A stretch of 50,300 nucleotides of DNA from Chthoniobacterales bacterium (lineage in GTDB: Bacteria > Verrucomicrobiota > Verrucomicrobiia > Chthoniobacterales > UBA6821): contig DATEBV010000358.1 of the NCBI GenBank assembly GCA_035287205.1, positions 1 to 50,300 of the forward strand, in the 5' to 3' direction. The position numbers and the translations under genes are program-made. The first letter of the stretch is position 1. Each line of letters opens with the position of its first letter. Below, one piece after another: positions 1-9,000 of the stretch. A model generated the notes under the pieces. It had not been told where the DNA came from. It saw only the letters and a list, made by a program, of their open reading frames with translations, and did no database searches.

Positions 1-7
1 CTTCTTC

Positions 8-937
8 TTATTTCTGCAGCAACTGCAGCGCTGCAGGGATGGCTTCCTCAATAGAAGAAAATTGGCTGAGGTTCAAATAAGGAAAAGAATGTTGGTTTTT
101 AAACCAGGTTATTTGTCTTTTAGCGTAACGTTTTGTAGCAAGAATAATGGCATTTTTTGTTTCTTCAAGTGTTTGTTCGCCTCGACAATAAGCTCGGATT
201 TCACGTAATCCAAGAGCCATTGAAGCGGTGGAGCTCATTTGTATATTATCAAAGTTAGCGATTTCATTAACCACACCTTGATCAAACATCATATGAACAT
301 TCGCTTCTATTCGACGATGAAGGTCATCACGATCGCGGAGAAGAAATAGCCCGAATGGTGGAGGAATTTTAGCAGAGAGCTCTTTTTTCTTCTGCCATAC
401 TTGAGAGAGAGGCTCTTCTGTCTGGGTAATAATTTCAATGACTCGTTCGACGCGGCGGCGATTTTTTGAGTCAATTTGAGGAAGAGCTGCGGGATCGATC
501 CTTATTAAATGAGCAATAAGTTCTTCATGCGACTTTTGGGCTAGTTCTGCTCGAAGTAAGGGGTCAGCAGGAGGAAGCGGGTCAAGTGATGAGATTAAGG
601 CTCGAAGATAAAATCCTGTTCCTCCAGTAACGATTGGAAGGTGATGTCGAGAGATAATCTCATCGATGACAGGAAGTGCTAGAGCTCGATAGCGAACAGC
701 ATCACATGCTTCCGTAGGAGATAATACTCCAATGAGATGATGAGGAACAACGAATTGTTGTTTTTGAGACGGCTGTGCCGTCAAGAGGGGAAGTCCTTGA
801 TAAAGCTGAAAAGCATCAGCTCCAATAATCTCTCCATCGAGCTGGCACGCCAGCTCGATGGAAAAAGATGATTTGCCAACCCCTGTGGGGCCGACGATAA
901 AGAATGGAGAACTAGAGTTTGTCCGTAAGTAAATCAA
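8..937 (-). CDS. miaA: tRNA dimethylallyltransferase
   Basis: 309-aa ORF; N-terminal P-loop GPTGVGKS followed by MiaA-like sequence throughout (QLYQGLPLLTAQP, TGGTGFYL). Confidence 0.9.
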   Translation of the reverse strand: MIYLRTNSSSPFFIVGPTGVGKSSFSIELACQLDGEIIGADAFQLYQGLPLLTAQPSQKQQFVVPHHLIGVLSPTEACDAVRYRALALPVIDEIISRHHLPIVTGGTGFYLRALISSLDPLPPADPLLRAELAQKSHEELIAHLIRIDPAALPQIDSKNRRRVERVIEIITQTEEPLSQVWQKKKELSAKIPPPFGLFLLRDRDDLHRRIEANVHMMFDQGVVNEIANFDNIQMSSTASMALGLREIRAYCRGEQTLEETKNAIILATKRYAKRQITWFKNQHSFPYLNLSQFSSIEEAIPAALQLLQK

Positions 938-1040
938 ATTTTAAAACGGATTTTTATTTTTATTTGGCAGTTGGCTTAGCTGCAGGCAAGTAACGGGTAA
1001 CGAGTTTATTTTGTTGCCTTCGGCAATTGGTTTTAAAACT

Positions 1041-1107
1041 AACTTCGTCGTCCGATAATGTGATTCAGATCCTTCCTCCCGAAGGAGGGAGGATCTGAAC
1101 ATCTACC
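1041..1107 (+). repeat. Family A element, 5'-truncated copy (A1)
   Basis: Family A consensus by eye: [cagTAGCTTCTCAAAAAACT]ATGCAwTrCATTCAyAyTACgACTTCGCAGTCCGATCATTTrrTTCAGATCC-yCCTCC-gaag-GGAGGr-GGATCTGAACGCCTACC. This copy: acttcgtcgtccgataatgtgaTTCAGATCCttcctcccgaaggagggaGGATCTGAACatctacc; hairpin at 1064-1100. Confidence 0.8.
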
Positions 1108-1113
1108 TAAGAA

Positions 1114-1941
1114 CTAACTATGAAGGTGATCACCTTCATGGCTATGATTACAGCAAGAGGATTCCTCAGGAGATTTTTCTGAGGACTCTGTTTTCTGATC
1201 GTGATGATGTTCCTCAGAAGAATGATGGCAGCAAGAGGTTTCTATTTGCTCTTTATCAGGAGTGTGATGGCAACAAGAAGATTCTTCAGAGGATGTTTCT
1301 GTAGGGGTAGTTTCTGCAGGAGTAGTAGAACAGGTTGTTTCTGATCGTGGTTCAGGACGAGCCTCAGCACGATGTTCAGGAAGAGCTCTAGCACCACTAA
1401 CAACAAGTTTGCGTCCCATATATTCCTTATCATGGAGATCATTTACAGCACGTTTAGCTTCGTCAACGGAGGTCATTTGAATAAAACCAAATCCTTTGGA
1501 ACGATGAGTGTCATGATAAGAAATAAGTTCTACATTTTGAACTTGGCCAATCCCACTAAAGAGTTCGAAAAGATCACTTTCGGTAGCATCGAAGGAGAGA
1601 TTGCCAATATAGAGTCGAGGACTTGTTACTTCTGTAATCTCTGGTTTGCGTGATACAGGGCGAGAAGAACGACGTTCCGTAGAAGAGGCATTGCGTTCAG
1701 TAGAATGTTCTGATCGAGAGGAAGGAGCTGTGTTTTTGCGTTGGATGGGTTTCTTGTTTTTACTATCACTGCCCATTCCAAAAAGAGCTAGGACTTTTCC
1801 AAAAAAACCAACTTTAGGTTCTGTTTTAGAATTGGAACCGACTGTTCTCGTAGGACGAGAAGTGTATGCAGAGTTGTTGCGGGCTTCACGAGCGCGAGGA
1901 TTACGGCGTGGAGGGCGTGAAGAAGAATAGTTAGATGACAT
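1114..1941 (-). CDS. RRM-domain RNA-binding protein with long Arg/Ser-rich N-terminal and His/Cys-rich acidic C-terminal extensions
   Basis: 275-aa ORF; central RNP motifs RLYIGNLSF (RNP2-like) and KGFGFIQM (RNP1-like); C-terminal tail carries three SCC(H/N)H motifs. Confidence 0.75.
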   Translation of the reverse strand: MSSNYSSSRPPRRNPRAREARNNSAYTSRPTRTVGSNSKTEPKVGFFGKVLALFGMGSDSKNKKPIQRKNTAPSSRSEHSTERNASSTERRSSRPVSRKPEITEVTSPRLYIGNLSFDATESDLFELFSGIGQVQNVELISYHDTHRSKGFGFIQMTSVDEAKRAVNDLHDKEYMGRKLVVSGARALPEHRAEARPEPRSETTCSTTPAETTPTETSSEESSCCHHTPDKEQIETSCCHHSSEEHHHDQKTESSEKSPEESSCCNHSHEGDHLHS

Positions 1942-1946
1942 AGTAA

Positions 1947-2053
1947 GGTAGGCGTTCAGATCCCCTCCTTCGAAGGACGGATCTGAACCAAATTATTGTG
2001 CTGCGAAGGTGTAGTGTAAATACATTGCTATAGTTCGTTAAGAAGCTACTGAA
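1947..2053 (-). repeat. Family A element, full length (A2)
   Basis: The reverse complement reads ...agtagcttcttaacgaactatagcaatgtatttacactacaccttcgcagcacaataatttggttcagatccgtccttcgaaggaggggatctgaacgcctacc and ends 5 nt before the RRM-gene ATG, sense to that gene. Confidence 0.88.
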
Positions 2054-2145
2054 CAGCCAGTTTCGACCTGTAGCCTATAGCCTGTAGTTTGTAGTTAATG
2101 AAACATAATTATTCGGCCTGTAGGCTGAATAGTAATTATGTGAGT

Positions 2146-2180
2146 GTTCAGATCCTTTTCCAAGAAGGAAGAATCTGAAC
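2146..2180. repeat. Family A-type hairpin only (A3, degenerate)
   Basis: gttcagatccttttccaagaaggaagaatctgaac; flanks only weakly resemble the rest of family A. Confidence 0.6.
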
Positions 2181-2251
2181 TAAATTAAAGATAACAGTTT
2201 AGTTTGAATATGTCTATAATTACTATGGATTGCAAGTGTTGCCAATTTTAT

Positions 2252-2288
2252 CAACGTCACTTTATTTTGGAGAAATAAAGTGACGTTG
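2252..2288. repeat. Family G palindrome (G1)
   Basis: caacgtcactttattttggagaaataaagtgacgttg; contains the stop codon of ORF 2262-2660. Confidence 0.85.
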
Positions 2289-2660
2289 GTAGCTACCCGA
2301 TGTTGCAGAACAGAGTGATTCTACAATCATTTTGCTACTTAATCCATGATCGAGAGCTGTTAATCTTTTTTCTTCAGGGAATGCAAAATTCATGATTTTT
2401 TCTCCGTAAAGTGTACGAAGCACCTCTATAAAGTCGTCAATAATGGCACGGTTTTCTGCGATGAGAGTAGGATTTTTCTTAATGGCTTTGAAAGAAAAAG
2501 GACAATAAGAGGAAGAAGAGGAGGGTTCAATCGTAGGTGGCCGTAACTTATGATTAAGAATCAGGCATTCTGCTGAAGGATACCGACGAACTGCAGATAA
2601 ATATTTTCCGAGTTCTTCATTGGGAGTCATTGCCGGGAGATGAGCAAAAAGATCATTCAT
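2262..2660 (-). CDS. hypothetical protein
   Basis: 132-aa ORF with no recognisable motifs; last codons and the stop lie inside palindrome G1. Confidence 0.4.
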   Translation of the reverse strand: MNDLFAHLPAMTPNEELGKYLSAVRRYPSAECLILNHKLRPPTIEPSSSSSYCPFSFKAIKKNPTLIAENRAIIDDFIEVLRTLYGEKIMNFAFPEEKRLTALDHGLSSKMIVESLCSATSGSYQRHFISPK

Positions 2661-2912
2661 AACAGTTTGGTCACCGCTGCGCGGCGACTGAAATAAAGGT
2701 GACAGTTTGAAGTTGTTCGGTCACTGCTGCGCAGCGACCGAAGTAACATAAAAGGTTTTTGTTATATCGTTGTCTTTCCTTGGAAAATTGAGAGTTCAAA
2801 CTGAATTGTAACCGTTCAGAGTTTTCTTCTTCGGAGGTGAGCTCTGAAGTAAAGGTCATAAAGTGACAATAAATCAACTTAAATTTAAAATTTCTAAAAC
2901 TTACTGGAAAGA

Positions 2913-3008
2913 AGTAGTGAACTATCCAATGCATTTACATTATTACTTCGCAGTCTGATTATTTAATTTAGATCCTTCCTACGAAGTAGGGAGGATCTGA
3001 ACGCCTAC
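2913..3008 (+). repeat. Family A element (A4)
   Basis: aatgcatttacattattacttcgcagtctgattatttaatttagatccttcctacgaagtagggaggatctgaacgcctac. The asnB stop codon (3005-3007, minus strand) is the CTA of the terminal CCTAC. Confidence 0.88.
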
Positions 3009-4864
3009 ATTGTATTCAAACTCTCCAACGAAATTGCAAGTACTAACAAGAGCCAGACTAACTCATCGAGGCGTTGATCATGCCTAGCAAGAAGCATTAA
3101 CGCTTCTAATCGCTTAGCGGATAATTGTCCTCCTGTAAGATTTTGAAGAGTTCGAGGTAGTTCGTGGCAGCGCAGAGCAAGTTCTCCTTGATGAAGCCAC
3201 TCATGGAGAGGAGGGTTAAATCCTCGTTTTGGTCCCATAACGACTTGAGATCCAATAATACGATCACATAAAAACTTTTTAGGAGGTTGAGTGAAACGTT
3301 CTGAACGTTTCATTCCTTGAATCGATTGAACAAAGAGATGGTCGAGCATTGGGCTGCGTAACTCTAATCCATGAGCCATACCGCAGAGATCTGACTTGCG
3401 CAGGATATATTCAGGAAGGTAGTTCAGTCGATCACAAGCAAGCATCCAGTCAAGAGGTGCAAGTTTTTCTAACGGCTTTTTCCAATAGCTGGTTTGTACC
3501 GCAAAATCAGGTTGCAAAAAAGCACGAGAGAGTGGGTCGAGTGCTGAAAAACGGAGCGTATAAGCATCCTCCCAGCCGAGTTGGTAGCCGAGGAGTATGC
3601 GGCGTAGGCGTCCAGCTCGAGAGGTTTTTAGGCAAAGGTTGGAAGAATTCCAACGTGAAGGCGTTTTCCCATGACGAGGAAGAAGACGTGCCGCACGCTC
3701 ATGAACACCATAGCGCTTGTATCCAGCAAAGAGCTCGTCACCACCATCTCCTGCGAGAGCTACGGTAATTTTTTTAACAGCAGCTTGGCAAAGATACCAT
3801 GTGGGAATAGCCGAAGGATCAGCAAATGGTTCATCAAGATCATGGATAATCGAGAGGGCATCGGAAGGACCCATGGTGATGGGTAACTCTGTATGATTGC
3901 ATTCCCACTGTTTAGCAATTTTGGCAGCGGCTACTGATTCATCATACCTTGGATTATTAGGGAATGTAGCGGTGAAAGTAGATAGTTTAGAAGGGACTTT
4001 ATTATTACCGCTAAGTGAGGCAACAAGAGCTTGAGAATCAATGCCACCGCTGAGAAAAACGCCAAGAGGACGATCAGAAGCGAGGCGAAGATCAACAGCT
4101 TCTCGGAAAAGAAGAGCTGGGTCTTTTTCTGGTGATGGAGTAGGAGCCCAATAGGATTGAGGTTGTTCAATAATCGGTTTCTCTTGGTCGAGGTGTACCA
4201 CCATACTATGCGCAGCAGGCAGTTTATAAAAACCATCAATAATAGAAAGGGGTGCCGGAATATAACGATGTGTTAAGAAGGCATCAATTGCGTTAGGATT
4301 GAATTGAGGTTTTGTATGGGGAGAGGTTAAAGCTAATAAGGCACGAGCTGTACTGGCAAAGGCAAAAGTTCCGTTGGTCGCTGTATAAAAAAGTGGTTTT
4401 TCACCAAGTCGATCGCGTCCTAGAAAGAGGCGCTGTTTTCGCAAGTCCACAATGGCAAAAGCAAACATGCCGCGGAGATGATCTAGAACGGCATCACCCC
4501 ATTCTTCATACCCATGGAGGATAAATTCAGTATCACAATGACTCGCAAAATGGTGACCACGCGACCGAAGTACTTGAGCTTCCTCTTCCCAACCATAAAT
4601 TTCACCATTGTAGACAATCCAGACAGAACCATCTTCATTCTTCATCGGCTGTGCTCCTGCTGATGAAAGATCACGAATACTGAGTCGTGTTTGAAGCAAT
4701 GCTGCTGTTCCTTGGGCAGAGTGATGCCAATGGTTGTTTTCTGAGAAAGAAAAAAAAGTTGTACCTTCTCCATCGGGACCACGGGTACTCAAACAGCTTC
4801 GTGCGTTTATAAGAGACTGCTCACTTAATGTGTTTGAAGAAAAGAGACCAGCTATGCCGCACAT
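3005..4864 (-). CDS. asnB: asparagine synthase (glutamine-hydrolysing) family amidotransferase
   Basis: 619-aa ORF; N-terminal nucleophile MCGIAG, synthetase-domain SGGIDS pyrophosphatase motif; stop codon lies inside repeat A4. Confidence 0.9.
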   Translation of the reverse strand: MCGIAGLFSSNTLSEQSLINARSCLSTRGPDGEGTTFFSFSENNHWHHSAQGTAALLQTRLSIRDLSSAGAQPMKNEDGSVWIVYNGEIYGWEEEAQVLRSRGHHFASHCDTEFILHGYEEWGDAVLDHLRGMFAFAIVDLRKQRLFLGRDRLGEKPLFYTATNGTFAFASTARALLALTSPHTKPQFNPNAIDAFLTHRYIPAPLSIIDGFYKLPAAHSMVVHLDQEKPIIEQPQSYWAPTPSPEKDPALLFREAVDLRLASDRPLGVFLSGGIDSQALVASLSGNNKVPSKLSTFTATFPNNPRYDESVAAAKIAKQWECNHTELPITMGPSDALSIIHDLDEPFADPSAIPTWYLCQAAVKKITVALAGDGGDELFAGYKRYGVHERAARLLPRHGKTPSRWNSSNLCLKTSRAGRLRRILLGYQLGWEDAYTLRFSALDPLSRAFLQPDFAVQTSYWKKPLEKLAPLDWMLACDRLNYLPEYILRKSDLCGMAHGLELRSPMLDHLFVQSIQGMKRSERFTQPPKKFLCDRIIGSQVVMGPKRGFNPPLHEWLHQGELALRCHELPRTLQNLTGGQLSAKRLEALMLLARHDQRLDELVWLLLVLAISLESLNTM

Positions 4865-4865
4865 A

Positions 4866-5054
4866 GATTAGGAGATAGAAGATGGAAGATAGAAGATAGG
4901 AGGTTAGGCCTTCGGCAAGAATATAAGAGACAAAGCATGGAACGAAACAAAATTTAAAAGAGTCAATACAAGCTATACTTATCATAACTACCAACGGTAT
5001 GTTGGTATTCAAAGGCTTTAGATACTATCTTCCATCTCCTATCTTCTATCTTCG
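4866..5054. repeat. Family D element (D1): GAAGATR-heptamer inverted arms around a conserved core
   Basis: Left arm: ggagatagaagatggaagatagaagataggag. Core: gttaggccttcggcaagaa...aaacaaaatttaaaagagtcaatacaagctatacttatc. Right arm: ctatcttccatctcctatcttctatcttc. Abuts the asnB ATG (4862-4864). Confidence 0.88.
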
Positions 5055-5059
5055 GAAAA

Positions 5060-5605
5060 TTAATTATTCAGATTAATTTTCATGGTCTGTCGACGTGAAA
5101 AACGATCGACGAAATGAAGTTCTCCGTGAGCCATGGCAAATTCATGGACGAGTTTTGTGACTTTGACGTCAAAGCAGCAGTACTCAGCAATTTCCATCAT
5201 CTTTCCTTCACGCCACCAGCGAATAGCATCGAGGCCATCACCCGTTTTACCAACGCCTAAGGTAGCACTGGCTACGGCGTCAAGAGAGAGGCGATGTCCT
5301 AATGTTTTTTCGACCACTTCAAGTAGATCAAGTGTTGGTATATAATGAGGGAGGTCCAAGATTGTATATCCCATGAGCACCTCGTAATCGAAGCGACGGA
5401 CATTATACCCAACGACCAGATCGGCTTTGGTGAGTCGATCGATTAAGGCTGGCACGCGAGCTTCACTAAAGATTTCATATTTTCCTTCAGCTGTACTGTA
5501 GGTGACTCCAAGAGAGACTTTCATCGCACTTTTGCGATCCCATCCTCCGACATCATTAGCGGTCAGCTGTGTTTCAAGATCAAAATAAACGATGTCGCGT
5601 GGCAT
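5060..5605 (-). CDS. RNase H-fold DEDD-type 3'-5' exonuclease-like protein
   Basis: 181-aa ORF; FDLET (Exo I), GYNVRRFD (Exo II), YCCFDV (Exo III)-like motifs. Confidence 0.6.
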   Translation of the reverse strand: MPRDIVYFDLETQLTANDVGGWDRKSAMKVSLGVTYSTAEGKYEIFSEARVPALIDRLTKADLVVGYNVRRFDYEVLMGYTILDLPHYIPTLDLLEVVEKTLGHRLSLDAVASATLGVGKTGDGLDAIRWWREGKMMEIAEYCCFDVKVTKLVHEFAMAHGELHFVDRFSRRQTMKINLNN

Positions 5606-5629
5606 GGGAGATTAAGTTAGGGTTTTCGT

Positions 5630-6070
5630 GAGCTCAAACTGAACTGAAGTAATAGGAAGAAGAAAGAAAATAGCCACAAAAGAACACAAAAAAACACAAA
5701 AAAAAGAAGATTAGCAGTGAACTTGATTGCTTAGTTCGGTTAAGCCGTTTTGCAGTTATTGGTGCTCTATGTTTCTCCAGGATCTCAATTCACTACTTTC
5801 TTATTTTTCACGATAGAGAACATTCTTTATCTTGAGTTCTTAAACCTAAAAACGTGAATAGAGAATGGCAAACTGATATAATCTCTTGGTTTCAAAATGC
5901 TTTTTCAAATGTCTTACGTACCTAAAGGTATGCCGCGACCTTTAAAAAAACATTTTTAAATCCAATATCTTACGCCATTTTATCCATTTCTATTCACGTT
6001 TTTAGGTTAAATTCTTTTTTGTGTTCTGATTTTTTGTGTTTTTTTGTGTTCTTTTGTGGCTATTTCTTTT
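5630..6070. mobile_element. Family B inverted-repeat element (B1, about 440 bp) with a nested family F copy
   Basis: Left arm 5630-5710: gagctcaaactgaactgaagtaataggaagaagaaagaaaatagccacaaaagaacacaaaaaaacacaaaaaaaa. Right arm 6013-6070: ttttttgtgttctgattttttgtgtttttttgtgttcttttgtggctatttctttt. The right arm overlaps the stop of the giant ORF. Confidence 0.8.
5843..6008. mobile_element. Family F element (F1, about 166 bp) nested inside B1
   Basis: About 25-bp terminal inverted repeat: aacctaaaaacgtgaatagagaatgg / ccatttctattcacgtttttaggtt. The interior is colinear with F2. Confidence 0.82.
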
Positions 6071-9000
6071 CACAAAGCGATTTAATCATCTCTTCTTGAA
6101 CTTTCTCAATTTCTACAAGAGCAGCTTTGGCTGCTTCTTTGGCTTTTTGAGCGGAAGAACGGGCTTCTTCTTGCTTTCCGGCTTTGAGTGCCTGAGTTGT
6201 TTGGCTTTTATTTTCTAATACCGTCTTGATGAGCTGCACAGCTTCCGACCAATGGGTGAGCGATTGTTCTGCTAGATCCCAGTTGCTTTGAAGCGTTTCT
6301 TGATGTTTATAAGTTTTCCATAGTTGCTCGGTGCGTTGAGCAAGATTGTGAGCAAGCTGGTTCGCAACAGAGGCAGCTTGAGTAACGGGACAATTATCCA
6401 TTAAGGTATTTTCAGCAGATTGAAGTACTTTTTGATCTTCGTCTAAGGCTTTCTGTAATTGTTGAACGACTGTTTTACAAGAATTTTTGTTCTCTACGGA
6501 TTGTGCTTCTTGAGTCCTTTCTAACCAGGTTACAAGCATTGGAAGGGTCTGGTTGTTCATTCTGTTGGCCGATGCTAATTTGCAATTCAATCCAGTGATG
6601 TATTGTTGCGCTCGTGATCGATCCTGTCCAGATTGGTTCATTTGTTGTTGATAGGAATTAATCTGTTGTGGTGCTTGTTGTATTATCCTCTGAGCATGCT
6701 GGAATTGCTCCAAGAGTTTTTTCCAAGCTGTGGCTTGCTCAGAATCTCCTCGTACTTGAGCCTGTTGCGCTTTTTCTAAGTACCCTGCCTCTTTTTCTAA
6801 GCGCTCTATTTGTGGTGGAGCACTCTGAATATACTGCCGAGCAGTATTGATTAGGTTTGGTAGTTGACTTAATTCATTAACTTTCTGTTGTTCTTTTTGA
6901 AGCCGTTTGTATGCTTCGTCCCTTTGTTGATAAGCGTATTGGTCATTTGTTGATCTGTTGCATTGTGAGTCATAAGAGGATCTAGCATTTTGTTCGTTCC
7001 GCCTAGCTTCTTCTAATTGCTGGTGTATCTGAGGCGAATCAAGAGAAAGAGTATGATGATTTGCAGCAAGGCCCTTAAAGAGATTTGCTAATTCCTGACG
7101 TCCTGCGGCTTGTGCTTTTTGAGCCTTTTCTGAATATTCTGCCTGCTTCACAAGAGCTTCTATAATAGGAGGACGGTTGCCTTGAGAAGGTTCTTTTTTT
7201 AAACTTTCAGCAACTTCTTTGTAACAAGCGGCCAGTTCTTGATTGTTGGCTATGTGAGTCTCGTGAGCTTTTGTGAAATATTCAGCACTCTTGATGAGAG
7301 TTTCTGCCGTGGCTGCTTCTGCATAAATTTTGGCGTTGAGACGCTGGATCTCTTCAGACGGCTTGCATGCTTCAGAAGCCTTGATCCATTGATCATATAA
7401 TTGAGCAATAGTTTGAAATTGTTTTGCAGTAGTAGCCCAACTGCTGACTAATTCTGGGTTTCCTGCAACGCGAGCCTCACTGGCTTGGGTTTCATAAAGG
7501 GCACATTTCTTGAGTGCTACTGCACATTTTTCACTAAGATCCATGGAAGGGTTAGAATAACCCATCTGTGTGTATTCTTGATAGTTTTGATATTGCTTGG
7601 CCGTCTCTCTCCAACAAGTCGCTAGATTCTGATCGCCTTTTGCTCGAGCTTCCTGTGACTTTAATAGGGCATTAAAGATTTCTTCGGTTGCTTTTTGAGC
7701 AGGCTGTTGAGCAAGAATCCAGAATTGACCGGCAAGTTCTCTTTCTTGCTGTGCTAAGGTTTTATTTTCTGACTGAGCTTCTTGAGCTTTGAGTAAGTGT
7801 TCAACACACTTGACAGCAGCTTCTGTTGATTTTTTATTGTGAGGTGCCTGAGCAGCAAAATTCCAGATATGAGCTATTTCATGATTTTCTTCAGCTTCTG
7901 CCTGAGTTGCTTTCATCTTATAGTTTATCTCCTCATTTATTTTCTCTTTTATTTCATGGTTTATTTCATGGTTTATTTCATTGTCTAAGGAGGTCTGGCT
8001 GTTTTGAGCGGACTGAAGAGACTGAACCATTGATTCGAACTTTTCTGTTTTGGCATGTTCTAAAGCTTGTAGCAGGGTGTTGGCAACGCTCTTGACTTGT
8101 TGAATAATTTTCATAGCAACTGAAATTTTCATAGCAACTGGAGACTGGGTGATGCCGACAGTTTGGGGCGCTTTTTGGGTGATGCCGACAGTTTGGAGCG
8201 CTTTTGCTGCGTAAATAGTTGCCTCTTGAGCATCTTTTGCAGCCTGTTCAGCTTTTTCCTGTGCTTTTTCTGCAATGGTGGTTGCTTTTTCTGCTTGAGC
8301 CTTTGCCTCTTCGGAATGATCTTCAGCAGTCGTTGCCGTAAAAGTAGCTTTTGAGGCCACGGTTTCAGCTCGTTTGGCATGGGTCTTTGCCTCTTCGGCT
8401 GTAGCACTTGTTTTTTGAAGTTCCTCTTGAGCTGTTGCGAGGGCTTGTTGTACGAAGGCTTTCGTATTTTTGGCCGTTTGCGTAGTTTCAGTACACTCAC
8501 CTTGTAGTTTCAGCATCTTAGCTTGTACCTTTGCCGTGATGTCTGTGGTCTGTTGAGTGCTTTTTTGGGCGTTGTTTGCTACTGTGAGTGCATCCTCTGA
8601 TTGCGTCTTCGTCTTGTCGGATATCTCTTTTATTTTCTGAAATTCTGTTCGTAACAGTGCGAACGCGGTCTTCACGGTACGGACTTCTTCAAGCATTTTA
8701 ACCATGGAGTTAACTCTCTCAGCTCTACCAGGGTTCATGACTTCTTGAATGGCCGCTTTAATCAAAGGAGCTGTGCGAGCGGCTCGAGCTTCTACCTCAT
8801 CTCGAAGAGTGGAGGCTTTTGCCCAATCGCTCTTATTAAATATTTTGGTATCTTGGGTGACTCGATGATCTTTTCCTTGACGTTCTTGATCAACTGAATC
8901 AGTTGCTTTAACCACTCTGCCAGCTCTTCCACGCATATTCGTGATGGTTTTAAGTTCATTTTTTACAGGAGCAAAAAGAGCTTCTCTTTGAACTTTTGCA

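Noticed and set aside
1242-1930. ORFs 1242-1442 (-), 1372-1653 (+) and 1646-1930 (+) overlapping the RRM gene
   Set aside because: These are alternative-frame or antisense ORFs inside a gene with clear RNP motifs. Their products are low-complexity with no motifs, so they are most likely frame shadows.
2671-2934. 87-aa ORF between ORF 2262-2660 and asnB
   Set aside because: Its 3' third is two direct copies of a GC-rich hairpin repeat (ggtcaccgctgcgcggcgac at about 2669-2689 and ggtcactgctgcgcagcgacc at about 2719-2739), and its 5' end runs into repeat A4. No motifs are present, so I treat it as non-coding, with modest confidence.
8129-8500. 123-aa Lys/Arg/Pro-rich ORF and other 60-90 aa ORFs inside the giant coiled-coil gene
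   Set aside because: These are alternative frames of a compositionally biased (GAA/GCA/AAG-rich) gene. Such genes generate long spurious ORFs, and there is no independent support for them.
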